DNA of 63,767 bases, counting the filler, from Octopus bimaculoides (taxonomy: Eukaryota), in NCBI RefSeq assembly GCF_001194135.2. It is 7 parts of 6 records of this genome, joined end to end, with 100 filler letters (N's around TTAATTAATTAA, not from the genome) between each part and the next. Parts side by side here need not be neighbours in the genome. Positions count along the whole stretch, not along the records: positions 38,551 to 43,407 come from NC_068996.1; positions 43,508 to 52,384 come from NC_068987.1; 5 more parts are not named here. One strand, 5' to 3'. The notes under the pieces were generated by a model. The model searched no databases. It saw only the letters and a list, made by a program, of their open reading frames with translations, and had not been told where the DNA came from. The translations under genes and the position numbers were made by a program. The stretch's first letter is position 1. Each line of letters opens with the position of its first letter. Below are positions 39,160 through 51,519 of this stretch, in pieces.

Positions 39160-41779
39160 GCGACAATGTTCTTCTCAATACGTGTGACGTACAAGTTAAG
39201 ATAATCTTTTACACTTCCTGTATGGATGGTAAGCCAGGGCTTCCTCACCTTTCTGATGAACGCCTTCTCAGTTTTCGTTTTCTTTTCTGTAGTTAGTACT
39301 CTGTTAGATTCTAATACTCCTAAATACTTATAACTCTCTCCTACTTTCAATGATTTTATTGTCTGGCCGTCTGGTAATTGGATGCCTTCGCTGTTGACTA
39401 CCTGTCCCCTGCTCATGACTTATATTGTACACTTATCTATGCCAAATTCCATGCCTATATCTTTGCTGAAGAGTCTTAGAGGCTGTATTAAGGAATCTAT
39501 CTCTTTTTCATTCTTACTAAAAAAGCTTCAGATCATCCATGTAGAGCAAATGATTAATTTTTCCCTTAATATTTCTAAACTGATACCCTGTCTTTGCCTT
39601 CCTTAATACTAAACTGAGGGGGATCATACATAAGACAAATATTAAAGGGGACAACGAGTCCTCCTGGAAAATTTCTCTTTTGATATTAGCTTTCCCTAAG
39701 AGTATGTCACATGAGTAGAGATCTACTTTCCATTTCTTCATGCTAATTAATTCTCTTATGTTGTCTGCTATACTGAATGTACTCAAACATTCACTTATCC
39801 ATGAGTGTGGGATCATGTCATAGGCTTTCCTATAATCTATCTATGCCATTGTTAGATTTTTCTTTCTAGCTTTTACTTCATTTAGAACTGCTTTGTCTAT
39901 ATATAATAGATTATGCATTCCTCTAGCCTTCTTCCTGCAACTTTTCTGTTCTTCTGGTAGTAAATTCTGGTTTTCAAAGTACTCGTAAATGCTTTCTAAA
40001 AGCATTCCTGTTAACAACTTCCACACTAATGTAAGCAAGTGATTGGTCTATAGTTGCTAGCTGTATTACCCTTGCACTTATCTTTCATAATGAGCATCGT
40101 CCTACCTCTAGTCATCCAATCTGGTATTATTCCTCTATTTAGGCAATCCTGAAGTTGTTCCCTCAGCCTCCTATGTAAACTACTGAATTTCTTTAGCCAG
40201 TACTCTTGAACAAAATCTTGTCTTGGGTTCTTCCAATTCGGCATTTTCCCTAACACTTTACTCATTAATGCACGAGTTAATCTTAGATTTGGCTGCTTCT
40301 CACTCACTATTTCTTCCCTCACTTTCTTTAACCATACAATATCTCCATTATGATTGACTGGCTTATCCCAAATATTACTTCAGAACTTTCGAGCTTCCTC
40401 TGCATTAGGTTTCTCATCTTCAGTACTTCGTTCTCTACTATTTATTTGGTTATAAAATCTCCTCTGGTCTGTCTTGTAATCTATTCTGTTGATACTGATC
40501 TATTCTTTTCTGATACCTGGAGAGCTTGCCTGCTTCTGCTATGATACACTGTTTCAACTCTTCTGTTATTGTCCCAAATCCTTTCTCGTTGACTAAATAT
40601 CTTTCCTCGAGGCAAGATTTCCATCTTGTGTTTCCTAAATTGTTTGTTTTCCAGGCTTCTATTCTACTCAGATCCTGTCTTAAAATCTTCACTTTATTTT
40701 GTAGTCTCCTTTTCCACATTTGCTCTTTCCCTGTGAGATATCTAATCTTCTGGTGACTACTACCCCTCCTGCATAGATCGATAAGTTAGTGTCTCCTATA
40801 TTTTTAGTATCTATCCTACTGATAACAGAATCTACTTTCCTAGTTATTTGTTGCAGCTTCCTTCTGTTGGTGCCTTTTAATGCTGTCCTGCGAGAGCATA
40901 TCTAACCCTGCCTGGATTCTTCTTTTCCACCATGGATCTTTTCTTTTGCCACTCCCATTATGTTTCTTTTTCTTGACATCAACACCCACATTTTCTGCTA
41001 CAACAATACTTGCTGCTTTGGTCAAGTTATTTGTTTCTGTGATGTTTGTTCTGATGTATTTCAGAATATCATTGACATTTTTCGTTTCTTGGTTTAATTT
41101 CCACCGGTCAACGTTTTTAAGGTTGCAAATAATGGCGCTATCATTCTCCTGTAGTCTTACTTTTATTCTGTCGTAGATTGCCTTTTGTTCATCTGTCTTG
41201 TCGCCATTAGTTTTATTGTCTTCTTTCAGATCATCTATATGTCTCTCATCAAGTAAACTACCACTGCTCCTTTCCCGTGCTATGAGATCACTCTTATTAG
41301 TAAGACCTGTATTTTCATCGTTATCTCTGCTGCTATTTTCAAAGACCTGCTAGCTTGATCATATAGTCTCTGTTCCGTGAGTTGAAACAATCTCTTTTCC
41401 CTCCAATGATCATAATACGCTGTCGGTAACCCCCAATTCGAGCACCATTTTCATCTACCGGTAGTAACATTCATCAGGTAGTAACACTCCATGACCACAG
41501 CATTAATTTGCTCGCTCCATCTACGCCGTGTGTGGTGGTCCCTTTTTGGAAATCGACAGGCTGGAGCCGGACCAGAATCTCTGAGCTTGCCGGGTGCAAC
41601 ATTGTCACTATCAATGGCTTCAGTTTCATTACCACCGTTATTCACAATATTTTGTTTATTCATTATCACTCATATGACGTAGCGATTATCAGGTTGCGCA
41701 ATTACCAGTGTTTTTATTGTGACACCATCACTAGATGTATCATTAATCAGGGCATGGGTAGACTCCATCCGCTCCTTTC
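39160..41779 (-). mobile_element. R4/Dong-clade non-LTR retrotransposon, 5' part through RT, frameshifted
   Basis: RRRWSEQINAVVMECYY; WWKRRIQ; MPNWKNP; NYRPITCL; IFQEDSLSPLIF; INHLLYMDDLKLF; YKYLGVLE; LYVTR. Confidence 0.95.
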
Positions 41780-41803
41780 ATTATTATTATTATTATTATT
41801 ATT

Positions 41804-42217
41804 GTTCAGTAGTTTTATTTTTATAACGTGCTTTCACTTCACTACCGAGCGCAGCTCTGTGCGCCTTGGGTATGTGCTGTGGTTTGCTGTGGTGCTCTTA
41901 TGGTTACTGTATTGAAAGTGTTTTGCATAGGATGTGTGCAGTGCCCAGTAGTGCAATTTTCTGTATGTTATATATATTTGTAAGTCCTGGTGTTTTTGTT
42001 ATATATTTGTCTGAATATCTTTTTATCATACCTAATGCGCCTACTATGATAGGAATTGTTTCTGCTTTTAGTTTCCACATTCGAGTTATCTCTATTTCCA
42101 GGTCTTTGTATTTTGAAAGTTTTTCCATTTCTTTTAGAGAAACGTTGTCATCTGCTGGTATTGATACATCAATTAGAAAGCATTTTTTTTCTTCATGATC
42201 TTTGACAACTATATCTG
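41804..42217 (-). mobile_element. 5'-truncated R4/Dong LINE: restriction-like endonuclease end and 3' UTR within (AAT)n
   Basis: DIVVKDHEEKKCFLIDVSIP...KEMEKLSKYKDLEIEITRMW...IIVGALG...QKIALLGTAHIL*. (AAT)n on both sides. Confidence 0.92.
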
Positions 42218-42267
<50 letters not shown>

Positions 42268-42349
42268 CATCATCATCATCACTGATATCACGCTTATTAT
42301 TGCTTTTATTTTTATTTTATTTTCTTTTCTATTTGTTATTGTTTTATTA

Positions 42350-42540
42350 ACAGACTCAGAGGTTACACAGGCCTATGCAGGGAGGGGTGACACCAATTTC
42401 CAGCGCTGTTCACATGGACAGACGCATAGAAAATTGCACTATTTGAGCTGGCCTTCCTCAGCGATGTTCTGTCATGCAGAATGACTTTCCAGAGAGTCCA
42501 TTGCTCCCTTGTAATCTTCGGTGAACAGGCTCTTCTTCAG
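42350..42540 (-). mobile_element. Possible RTE C-terminal relic
   Basis: HDRTSLRKASSNSAIFY resembles the RTE LAxDRxxWR motif. Confidence 0.35.
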
Positions 42541-43139
42541 TCTTTTATCACCGTTGTCATTTACTGCCTTTCTTTCCGTTATTTTTGTAATTGTTGCATC
42601 TATGTGTAGTAGCAGCAATGGTGGCAGCAACAGCAACAGTACTAGGGGTGGAGGTATTGGTAGTTGGACCTCAGATTTCTGTACTATTAGAATAGTAGTA
42701 GTTGTAGTATTTGTAGTATTAGCAGCTGCAGAATATTATCATTATTTTTATTTTTATCATTGTCGCCATCACCACCACTACCACTGCTATTATCATTATT
42801 ACTATTTCCATTTATTATTAAAAGATTTTGTTAAATGTTCTTTATTTTCAATTTTTGTCTTGTACTTGAGATAATTATAAATATGTGGTCGTTGAAAGAA
42901 ATAGTTGCGGGGACGGGGAGTAGCAGCTTGGCGAATAAATCAAATTCTACAGATCTATAAACAGATTTGGCAGTTGGTGGGGAGGTGAGCCAGAGAGACA
43001 AAAGAATTTTCGCACCCTTTGGGTCAGCAGAGGATGTGTTTACTACTACCAGCGACCACTCAGAGCACTGACCTTAGCCTTGAGAAGAAGCAATTCAACC
43101 TGTTCTATTTGTCATTACTGGTAGAGACAACAATAATAT

Positions 43140-43407
43140 CGCCTCCGACGTTTGTGCAGCCTGGACCAGGATTTCGAGACCCAGTCCCAGTATCTTGCTC
43201 GTCTGTTCATGCATCGAGGATACCCCTCCCACCTTGTCCAATCCGCCCTCGCCCGCGCTCGTCGAATCGACCGCACCACCGCCCTCTCTCCTCCCCCACA
43301 CCAATCCCCTAACCGTACCCCCTTCCCACTCCGTTTCCACCCTGCCACCCTACCCCTTCGTCGGAGGATCCTACGGGCCTTCCGTCGCCTCCAGCTCGAT
43401 CCCACTA
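43140..43407 (+). mobile_element. Penelope-like element RT thumb/linker fragment (GC-rich)
   Basis: RLRRLCSLDQDFETQSQYLARLFMHRGYPSHLV...RTPFPLRFHP...RILRAFRRLQLDP matches the PLE pattern RRICS...F..RGYP...YHP...LQ.DP. Confidence 0.8.
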
Positions 43408-43593
43408 NNNNNNNNNNNNNNNNNNNNNNNNNNNNNNNNNNNNNNNNNNNNTTAATTAATTAANNNNNNNNNNNNNNNNNNNNNNNNNNNNNNNNNNNNN
43501 NNNNNNNTCACATGACCACAAAGAATTATTTTTTTCGTCTTAGCTTGCAAAACCAGAGAGAAGAGTTTTAATATCATTTTTTTCCCATTCGTT

Positions 43594-43636
<43 letters not shown>

Positions 43637-44006
43637 CCAGTAAGTTTGTAACTCTGGCACACCATTAATAGTTATCTCATGACTGTAGTGACATGCTGAT
43701 GGTATTCGACCTATTATATTATCATCATACTTTTTGTGTGAAATCCGTACTGTTGTTGATAACGACCTTATACTATAACTTCTGTTCACCAGTAATGTAC
43801 TGTAATGCTCTTAACGATGTCTGCACATTATTGTCGGTTTAAGGTCACTGATACCGCATTGCTTACGGAAGCTACCCCAACACATTGTTTAAAACAACTA
43901 GACTCCACCTATGTTTAATTAACTTTCTTAATCTCGTTAGCAATTTCTGTCTATTATGACCAACACCGAAAATAAATTCGAGAAGTACAACGAAGTGTGT
44001 ATGTGT

Positions 44007-44160
<154 letters not shown>

Positions 44161-45065
44161 ATACATACACACATACATACACTTCGTATGTATACTGGAG
44201 CAGGAAAAGAGGGTTCTACCTCTTTGTAAGAAAACTTTTGTAAATTATAGAATAGCGAAATTAAAAGTGTTCACATAATCTGGAACATGGAAAATAGATT
44301 CTTCATTGATTAATTTGTCGGGGAACTGCAAATCGTCTTTATCTAGAATAGCCATAACAACATTTTTGAGAAGTGGACTGTATGAGACATGAGTCATCTA
44401 GCGGGCAACATTCTTCAAAGAAATGGAGGTAATTTTTCATTAAACCTACAGTTCAGAAAGTCCTGTAGCATGTGAGACTTTCTGAACTGTTCTAGAATAT
44501 TCCAAATTCTGAAACAACAACCAAGATCGCTAAACAAATCGGAGATCTTGGGTTTTATTCCTGTGCTGCTTGAGAAAAACTTTTGTTTTGGTGAACTCTC
44601 TTCTGAAGACATCAAAAATCTCCAGTGTTATTAAATCCAAGCTGATTAGGTGTCCTTGACAGATGACAATCAAGTGCGATTCTTAACTCATTGTAACAGC
44701 TTACATGAATTACCTGTTAATACCTACAGAACCCGCTAGTTCACTACGTGATATTCCACTACGTGATATTCCACTTGAACGTTGAGATTTGATTCAACGG
44801 GTGCTCTACCAACAGTATTGCTGGTCTTTGCCTGAAAACACACACGCGCACATGCGCATACATGCTAAACACATAAAATCCATTTCACACATATATACGT
44901 ATATAAACAAATGGACGTGTATNNNNNNNNNNNNNNNNNNNNNNNNNNNNNNNNNNNNNNNNNNNNNNNNNNNNNNNNNNNNNNNNNNNNNNNNNNNNNN
45001 NNNNNNNNNNNNNNNNNNNNNNNNNNNNNNNNNNNNNNNNNNNNATATATATATATATATATATA

Positions 45066-46812
45066 GGGTCTAAAACTGCAAGGGATATTAATGTAACCCA
45101 TAATTTCTTTGTAGGTGACCTCAAGATTTATGCTAAAGATGTTAGCACTGCCAAAAGACAACTGGAATTAATAACAACATTTTCAGTTGACATAGGAATG
45201 GAATTTGGTCAGAAGAAATGTGCTTATTGAACTGAACGGGGAAATCAGTCCCCTAGACACAAAACTTGTGCCTCAATGGTCTCACTATTTCCCCTGTCCT
45301 ACACAAAGAATGCTACCAGTACCTTGGCATTGATGAAAATATATCATACCAAGGTACTGTAAATAAAAGTAAAGTTACCCTAGAATATTACACCAGACTA
45401 AGAAAAATATGGCAGTCTGAACTTTCCTCTTACAACATGACAATGTCCCACATTGCATTTACAGTACTAGTGCTGATTCCAGCATTTGGGATACTTGACT
45501 GATCTGTAGAAGAAATTCACTCCATAGACATTAAAATCCGCAAAATTCTAACATCAACTGGAAATCTCTATAAAAATAGTGATATGAACAAGCTCTACCT
45601 AAGGAGAGATAAAGGCGGTAGGGTCTTAAGATCAGAGCAGACAGCCTTTGAATGTCGTATAGTCTCTCCCAGACAGCATTTACTAAACAACAACAGTGCT
45701 GGAAAGTGAAGAAAACAATATCCTACATGTTGGAAGTGAGCTCCTCAGGAAGTATGCTCTTCCTGATGACTTCTCAAACAACCCCAAATCAACTGGACCA
45801 GCACACCTCAAAGAAGACCTGGAGGTGAAACGCTCAGCATACCCCCCCCCCAAAAAAAAACAACAACAACACCATGCATGAATATGTTTCTCGTAGACTT
45901 GAAGAAGATAATAACATTGACATGAAGCGAAGCCTCTCTTGGACTAGTGATCGCTACATCCCATCACACATCGAAGGATATGCATTTGCAATCCAAGAAC
46001 AGGATGTTGCTAATCAATAAAAGAGAGAGTGAAGCCATTGGAGTTCCAAAATGCAACCGTAAACGTAGATTATGTCATATTTCTGTGGAAATAATCACAC
46101 ATGTGATTAGCATTTACCTAAAAATGTCATCAAAGAACTACCATCCTATGTGACATGACGTTGTCGCAAAAACAATATACAATACCATTTGGAAAAAAGA
46201 CTGTCTTGGAATAAATATAGAGAACCCCACTATTATTGAATGCTCTCACAAATACCAGCACGAGGAATACTGGTGGAACATTCCCATTAAAACATCTGTT
46301 AAGTGTAAACATAATATGCCGGATGTCGTTGTTTAGGACAGACAAAAACAAAGTATCATAGAGGTCAGCTGTCCTACTGATGTAAATATTTCTTTAAAAA
46401 TCAAAGAAAAAGAAGAAAAAGAAGATAACTATAGGCAATTGCTTCGAAACCCCCAGCATCTACATCCGGATTACAAATTTACACTTATATCAATAATAAT
46501 TGGTGCACTTGGCTTTGTAAGTAAATGCCTAACTCAGTCTGGATAAGCTTGGATTTTCAGAAAAAGAAACCAACCAACTGACCCGCACATTACAAATACA
46601 ATCTGTAAGCAGAACAGTAAAACTATGCAAGACTTTTCTCAGGTTTAAAATGTAACATTGTTTTCATTACCTAGAATCCACTGCATTCCAAAGATGGCGA
46701 TTTGTATCTTTGTTAGAAACCGGCTCCTTCTTCAGAGGAAGAATTTAAATAATTAAATACAGAAGAGACATACATACATACATACATACATACATACATA
46801 CATGCATACATA
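45066..46812 (+). mobile_element. R4/Dong-clade LINE 3' half with (ACAT)n tail
   Basis: THNFFVGDLKIYAKD; YQYLGIDE; KLYLRRDKGGR; CRLCHISVEIITHVIS; HNMPDVVV...IIEVSCP; IIGALG; KLCKTFLRFKM*. Confidence 0.92.
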
Positions 46813-46918
46813 CCCTGCTGTTGAAATTCCAATGAAGGAGCCTTGGATCTAGGTTAGAAACCGGCTCTTTCTCTATTGGTAAGAAATCTTGAAATAAAGC
46901 CGAAAAATGACATACATA
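46813..46918 (+). mobile_element. Short 3'-end of a related R4 inserted in or after the (ACAT)n tail
   Basis: Repeats GTTAGAAACCGGCTC (46712-46726 vs 46853-46867) and ends in CATACATA. Confidence 0.6.
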
Positions 46919-47592
46919 TATATCCATCTAAATCCATTTTTCCCGTCCATTATTCCTGTTTTTTCATCTGCACCATATCCAACCCATTTGCTATCTTATA
47001 ACAATGGACTTAAATGGGGAAAATATTGTACTGCTAACACAAAAGTAAGANNNNNNNNNNNNNNNNNNNNNNNNNNNNNNNNNNNNNNNNNNNNNNNNNN
47101 NNNNNNNNNNNNNNNNNNNNNNNNNNNNNNNNNNNNNNNNNNNNNNNNNNNNNNNNNNNNNNNNNNNNNNNNNNNNNNNNNNNNNNNNNNNNNNNNNNNN
47201 NNNNNNNNNNNNNNNNNNNNNNNNNNNNNNNNNNNNNNNNNNNNNNNNNNNNNNNNNNNNNNNNNNNNNNNNNNNNNNNNNNNNNNNNNNNNNNNNNNNN
47301 NNNNNNNNNNNNNNNNNNNNNNNNNNNNNNNNNNNNNNNNNNNNNNNNNNNNNNNNNNNNNNNNNNNNNNNNNNNNNNNNNNNNNNNNNNNNNNNNNNNN
47401 NNNNNNNNNNNNNNNNNNNNNNNNNNNNNNNNNNNNNNNNNNNNNNNNNNNNNNNNNNNNNNNNNNNNNNNNNNNNNNNNNNNNNNNNNNNNNNNNNNNN
47501 NNNNNNNNNNNNNNNNNNNNNNNNNNNNNNNNNNNNNNNNNNNNNNNNNNNNNNNNNNNNNNNNNNNNNNNAATGGAGAAACAAACACAAGA

Positions 47593-48379
47593 AGAAGCAA
47601 GTCAACTGGGCTAGTTAGCCATTGATTTAATTATGTGGAGATTATATAATGAGTCATTTACGTACGTTTCGATGTGCCAAATGGTTTGGCAGATCTCTTC
47701 AGAATGTTGAGGAGTATGTTAGAGTTCATGGTATGAGAGATGCAGGAGAAACAATTAGTGGATATATTAATGCATATGGTGGTATAAGAATAGCATTAGG
47801 TAAAGTTAGTCTTATATTTTAGTTGAAGTTGTGTTAGTCTTTTTGGAAGGGGAGGTAGGGTGGGTGCTATTTAAGCTCGTAGTTCCAATCTTGATCAGAC
47901 GCATTCCGCACGTGGTTGTTTTTAGAATTGAGGCGTGTGTCTTATACATTTAGCACCGGCGGTGTTAGTAAAGGGGAGTAACCCTAAGTTTTGGTGAAGA
48001 GGGAGCTAACTCTGATCTTATTAATATTTAATTATAATTAATTATACTTAGAAAAGGAAAATTCTTTTTTACATATTTAATTATACTTAGGAAGTGGAGT
48101 GTATTACATATTTAATTATACTTAGAAAATGAGTATTTAGTAGCGTGTAGACAAATTGGGCTACGTTCATAGCTTTTGTTTAAGAGATCCTTACTAGCCG
48201 TTAGGATTTTGAGGCGTTCGGTTAGACAGAGGTCACAGCGTCTGTTAGTTGGGTTATAAGAATTAGCTACTTTTAGTATGTGCCACTTTAGTTTATATTC
48301 TATCTTATTGTCCTTTAGTTCCCAGATATAGGTACTAAGTCCTGTTTCTTGTGTTTGTTTCTCCATTCTCCACATAACT
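47593..48379 (-). mobile_element. Penelope-like element 3' end: GIY-YIG C-terminus with cysteine motif, 3' UTR and hammerhead (possibly Naiad clade)
   Basis: TGLSTYIWELKDNKIEYKLKWHIL...NRRCDLCLTERLKIL...LLNKSYERSPICLH. Clade assignment is from memory of the motif. Confidence 0.8.
47655..47706 (-). ncRNA. Minimal type-I hammerhead ribozyme motif
   Basis: CATT CTGAAGA G ATCTGCC aaaccattt GGCACAT C GAA ACGTACGT A AATG: core intact, stem I 4 bp, stem II 7/8 bp, palindromic stem III. Confidence 0.8.
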
Positions 48380-49031
48380 NNNNNNNNNNNNNNNNNNNNN
48401 NNNNNNNNNNNNNNNNNNNNNNNNNNNNNNNNNNNNNNNNNNNNNNNNNNNNNNNNNNNNNNNNNNNNNNNNNNNNNNNNNNNNNNNNNNNNNNNNNNNN
48501 NNNNNNNNNNNNNNNNNNNNNNNNNNNNNNNNNNNNNNNNNNNNNNNNNNNNNNNNNNNNNNNNNNNNNNNNNNNNNNNNNNNNNNNNNNNNNNNNNNNN
48601 NNNNNNNNNNNNNNNNNNNNNNNNNNNNNNNNNNNNNNNNNNNNNNNNNNNNNNNNNNNNNNNNNNNNNNNNNNNNNNNNNNNNNNNNNNNNNNNNNNNN
48701 NNNNNNNNNNNNNNNNNNNNNNNNNNNNNNNNNNNNNNNNNNNNNNNNNNNNNNNNNNNNNNNNNNNNNNNNNNNNNNNNNNNNNNNNNNNNNNNNNNNN
48801 NNNNNNNNNNNNNNNNNNNNNNNNNNNNNNNNNNNNNNNNNNNNNNNNNNNNNNNNNNNNNNNNNNNNNNNNNNNNNNNNNNNNNNNNNNNNNNNNNNNN
48901 NNNNNNNNNNNNNNNNNNNNNNNNNNNNNNNNNNNNNNNNNNNNNNNNNNNNNNNNNNNNNNNNNNNNNNNNNNNNNNNNNNNNNNNNNNNNNNNNNNNN
49001 NNNNNNNNNNNNNNNNNNNNNNNNNNNNNNN

Positions 49032-49080
<49 letters not shown>

Positions 49081-49708
49081 CATACATACGTATACACAAA
49101 CATACACGCACATATATGCTAATGGTTGCTTTTATGTCGTTATATATATATATAAGCAATTTTACATTAAACTGATGGAATACTGAATAATTTTAATCAA
49201 AGGAAAAAGTTGACAGTGACTTCAAAGTTTCGGTTTGCTAGTCATCATTATAAATTGCGTGTGTGTATGCATATATGTGTGTATATGCGTGTATGCTTAT
49301 GCATATGTATGTATGTGTATGTAGGTGTATGTGTTTATACACAAACACTAAAAGACTGACAATAGTACGATCCACTGAGGTTCAGAGATAAATGGACTTT
49401 TACTACAAGATACAATGTGTTCATTGAAGAAACCTTTTAAATTGAGAAGAATTTAGACGATTGCAGTGTTACCTGAAGCAGTGTGACGGTATTGTCTGTG
49501 CATCGTACGTAAGGTTTAAAGGTGTTGGTGTTGGCTCCTTGTTAACAGGTTTACTGGTTCTAATGTAATAAATGTGACTTTATACAGTTACTACCGTCGA
49601 ACAGTTACTTTCATGTCATAAAATTATCTATTTTTTAAATTTCATTTCATCATTTTATTTTCAGTAATGCTATCTTTCTCCCCTTCTATTTTCACAATAC
49701 TCAATATA

Positions 49709-49765
<57 letters not shown>

Positions 49766-50131
49766 NNNNNNNNNNNNNNNNNNNNNNNNNNNNNNNNNNN
49801 NNNNNNNNNNNNNNNNNNNNNNNNNNNNNNNNNNNNNNNNNNNNNNNNNNNNNNNNNNNNNNNNNNNNNNNNNNNNNNNNNNNNNNNNNNNNNNNNNNNN
49901 NNNNNNNNNNNNNNNNNNNNNNNNNNNNNNNNNNNNNNNNNNNNNNNNNNNNNNNNNNNNNNNNNNNNNNNNNNNNNNNNNNNNNNNNNNNNNNNNNNNN
50001 NNNNNNNNNNNNNNNNNNNNNNNNNNNNNNNNNNNNNNNNNNNNNNNNNNNNNNNNNNNNNNNNNNNNNNNNNNNNNNNNNNNNNNNNNNNNNNNNNNNN
50101 NNNNNNNNNNNNNNNNNNNNNNNNNNNNNNN

Positions 50132-50164
<33 letters not shown>

Positions 50165-50639
50165 ACGTATGTTTACATATATATAATATATATATGTATG
50201 TATGTATATATGCATCTATCTATCTAAGTAACTATCTTACAGATTTTGGCCTACTTTCTACACCAGCTAGATTAATTGTGATTTCTACAAAGAGGACAAA
50301 GCTCTTGGTTTATGACTTTCCTTTTCTTTGTTCTCTTTCCACTTTTTGCATCAACCTTCTTACCTACTTCACATTTTTTCTGGCGTTTTTTCATGTTTTC
50401 TCATAGATCAGAGTCCTAGTTTTCAAATACATCTAACGATATGCATTGATATATATATATGTAATATTTTGGGCTAATGGGTACATATCGATTAGTGTGT
50501 AGAAGTGTTTAGTAGAGCTCTACCACAGTTTGGGCTGCCTGATGTCATCCGCAGCCGGGAGTATATTTCCGTTGGATCTACTTCAGGATCTACTTATAAT
50601 TTTTAAGTAGCCAGAAGATAGTTAGTATTAATCTTACTT

Positions 50640-50744
50640 TGTGCAACGGTCGTTTCGACCAATCCTGCTACTGTCCATTATGGGTGGGACTCCGTTCAAC
50701 ATGTTGTGTTGCATCCATTTTGCAGTCGGGTCTCATCAGATACA
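50640..50744 (-). ncRNA. Candidate degenerate type-I hammerhead
   Basis: TGTAT CTGATGA GACC...GGTC GAA ACGACCGT T GCACA. Core intact, stem I has a mismatch, stem II has a ~70-nt insert. Confidence 0.4.
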
Positions 50745-51519
50745 TAAATTTCTGTCTCGCTAAAGATCCTGTATTTTGGCTGTCCTGTTGTTATATGCCC
50801 GTCTGGTTAGGGAATGAAATATTAATACAATTTTCAATTACTATTATCTTTCTATAACAAGAATTGCAAACGTTTGTAAATATACACAAAGGAATGGTAC
50901 TAGAAAAAGAATGGGAAGATATATATGCAGGCTAGAATGTCTAGTGGGGTGAAAAGTTGTCTAGCTAGCTTGCTTATGTCGGGATGCGTATACAAACATT
51001 CGCACACACCCTCTCGTACATACACTCGCACAAGGGATGTTGGCTTATCCGCACATGTGGTTAATTTCGACCATAGTTCGTATAATTTATGATTGGAAGA
51101 CAATCTCATCAGAAGTCTGTCATCACAGTCACCTCAAGACTAGGGCAGCTCGCGGACAGTCTGACTCGCTTCACATCTCTATCACCGACGGTGAATCACA
51201 CACCCCTACGCCTATATATACATACACACATGCATACATACACATATGCATATACACATATACATATACATGTCCATATGTATATATTTACACATACATA
51301 TGCATACACGTACCCACCTACATATATACTTACATATATTTTTATATATACGCGTGCGCACACACATACAGAAGTGTACGCGTATACCCATCCTTATACA
51401 TATATATATGTATACATATATACAAATATAATCTTTATTTTGTATAACGACCGTTTTGTATAACAACCGGATTTGGTTGTCGGAAACTGAAAGAAGCCCG
51501 TCGTATATATGTATAAACT

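Noticed and set aside
41435-41485. CTGATGA...GAAA on minus
   Set aside because: Inside the R4 ORF with no stems I or III; chance match.
44415-44615. 66-aa minus-strand ORF as a host exon
   Set aside because: No recognisable domain or splice sites.
51055-51120. Hammerhead-like CTGATGAGATTG...CAATC on minus
   Set aside because: GAAA does not follow stem II and stem I cannot form.
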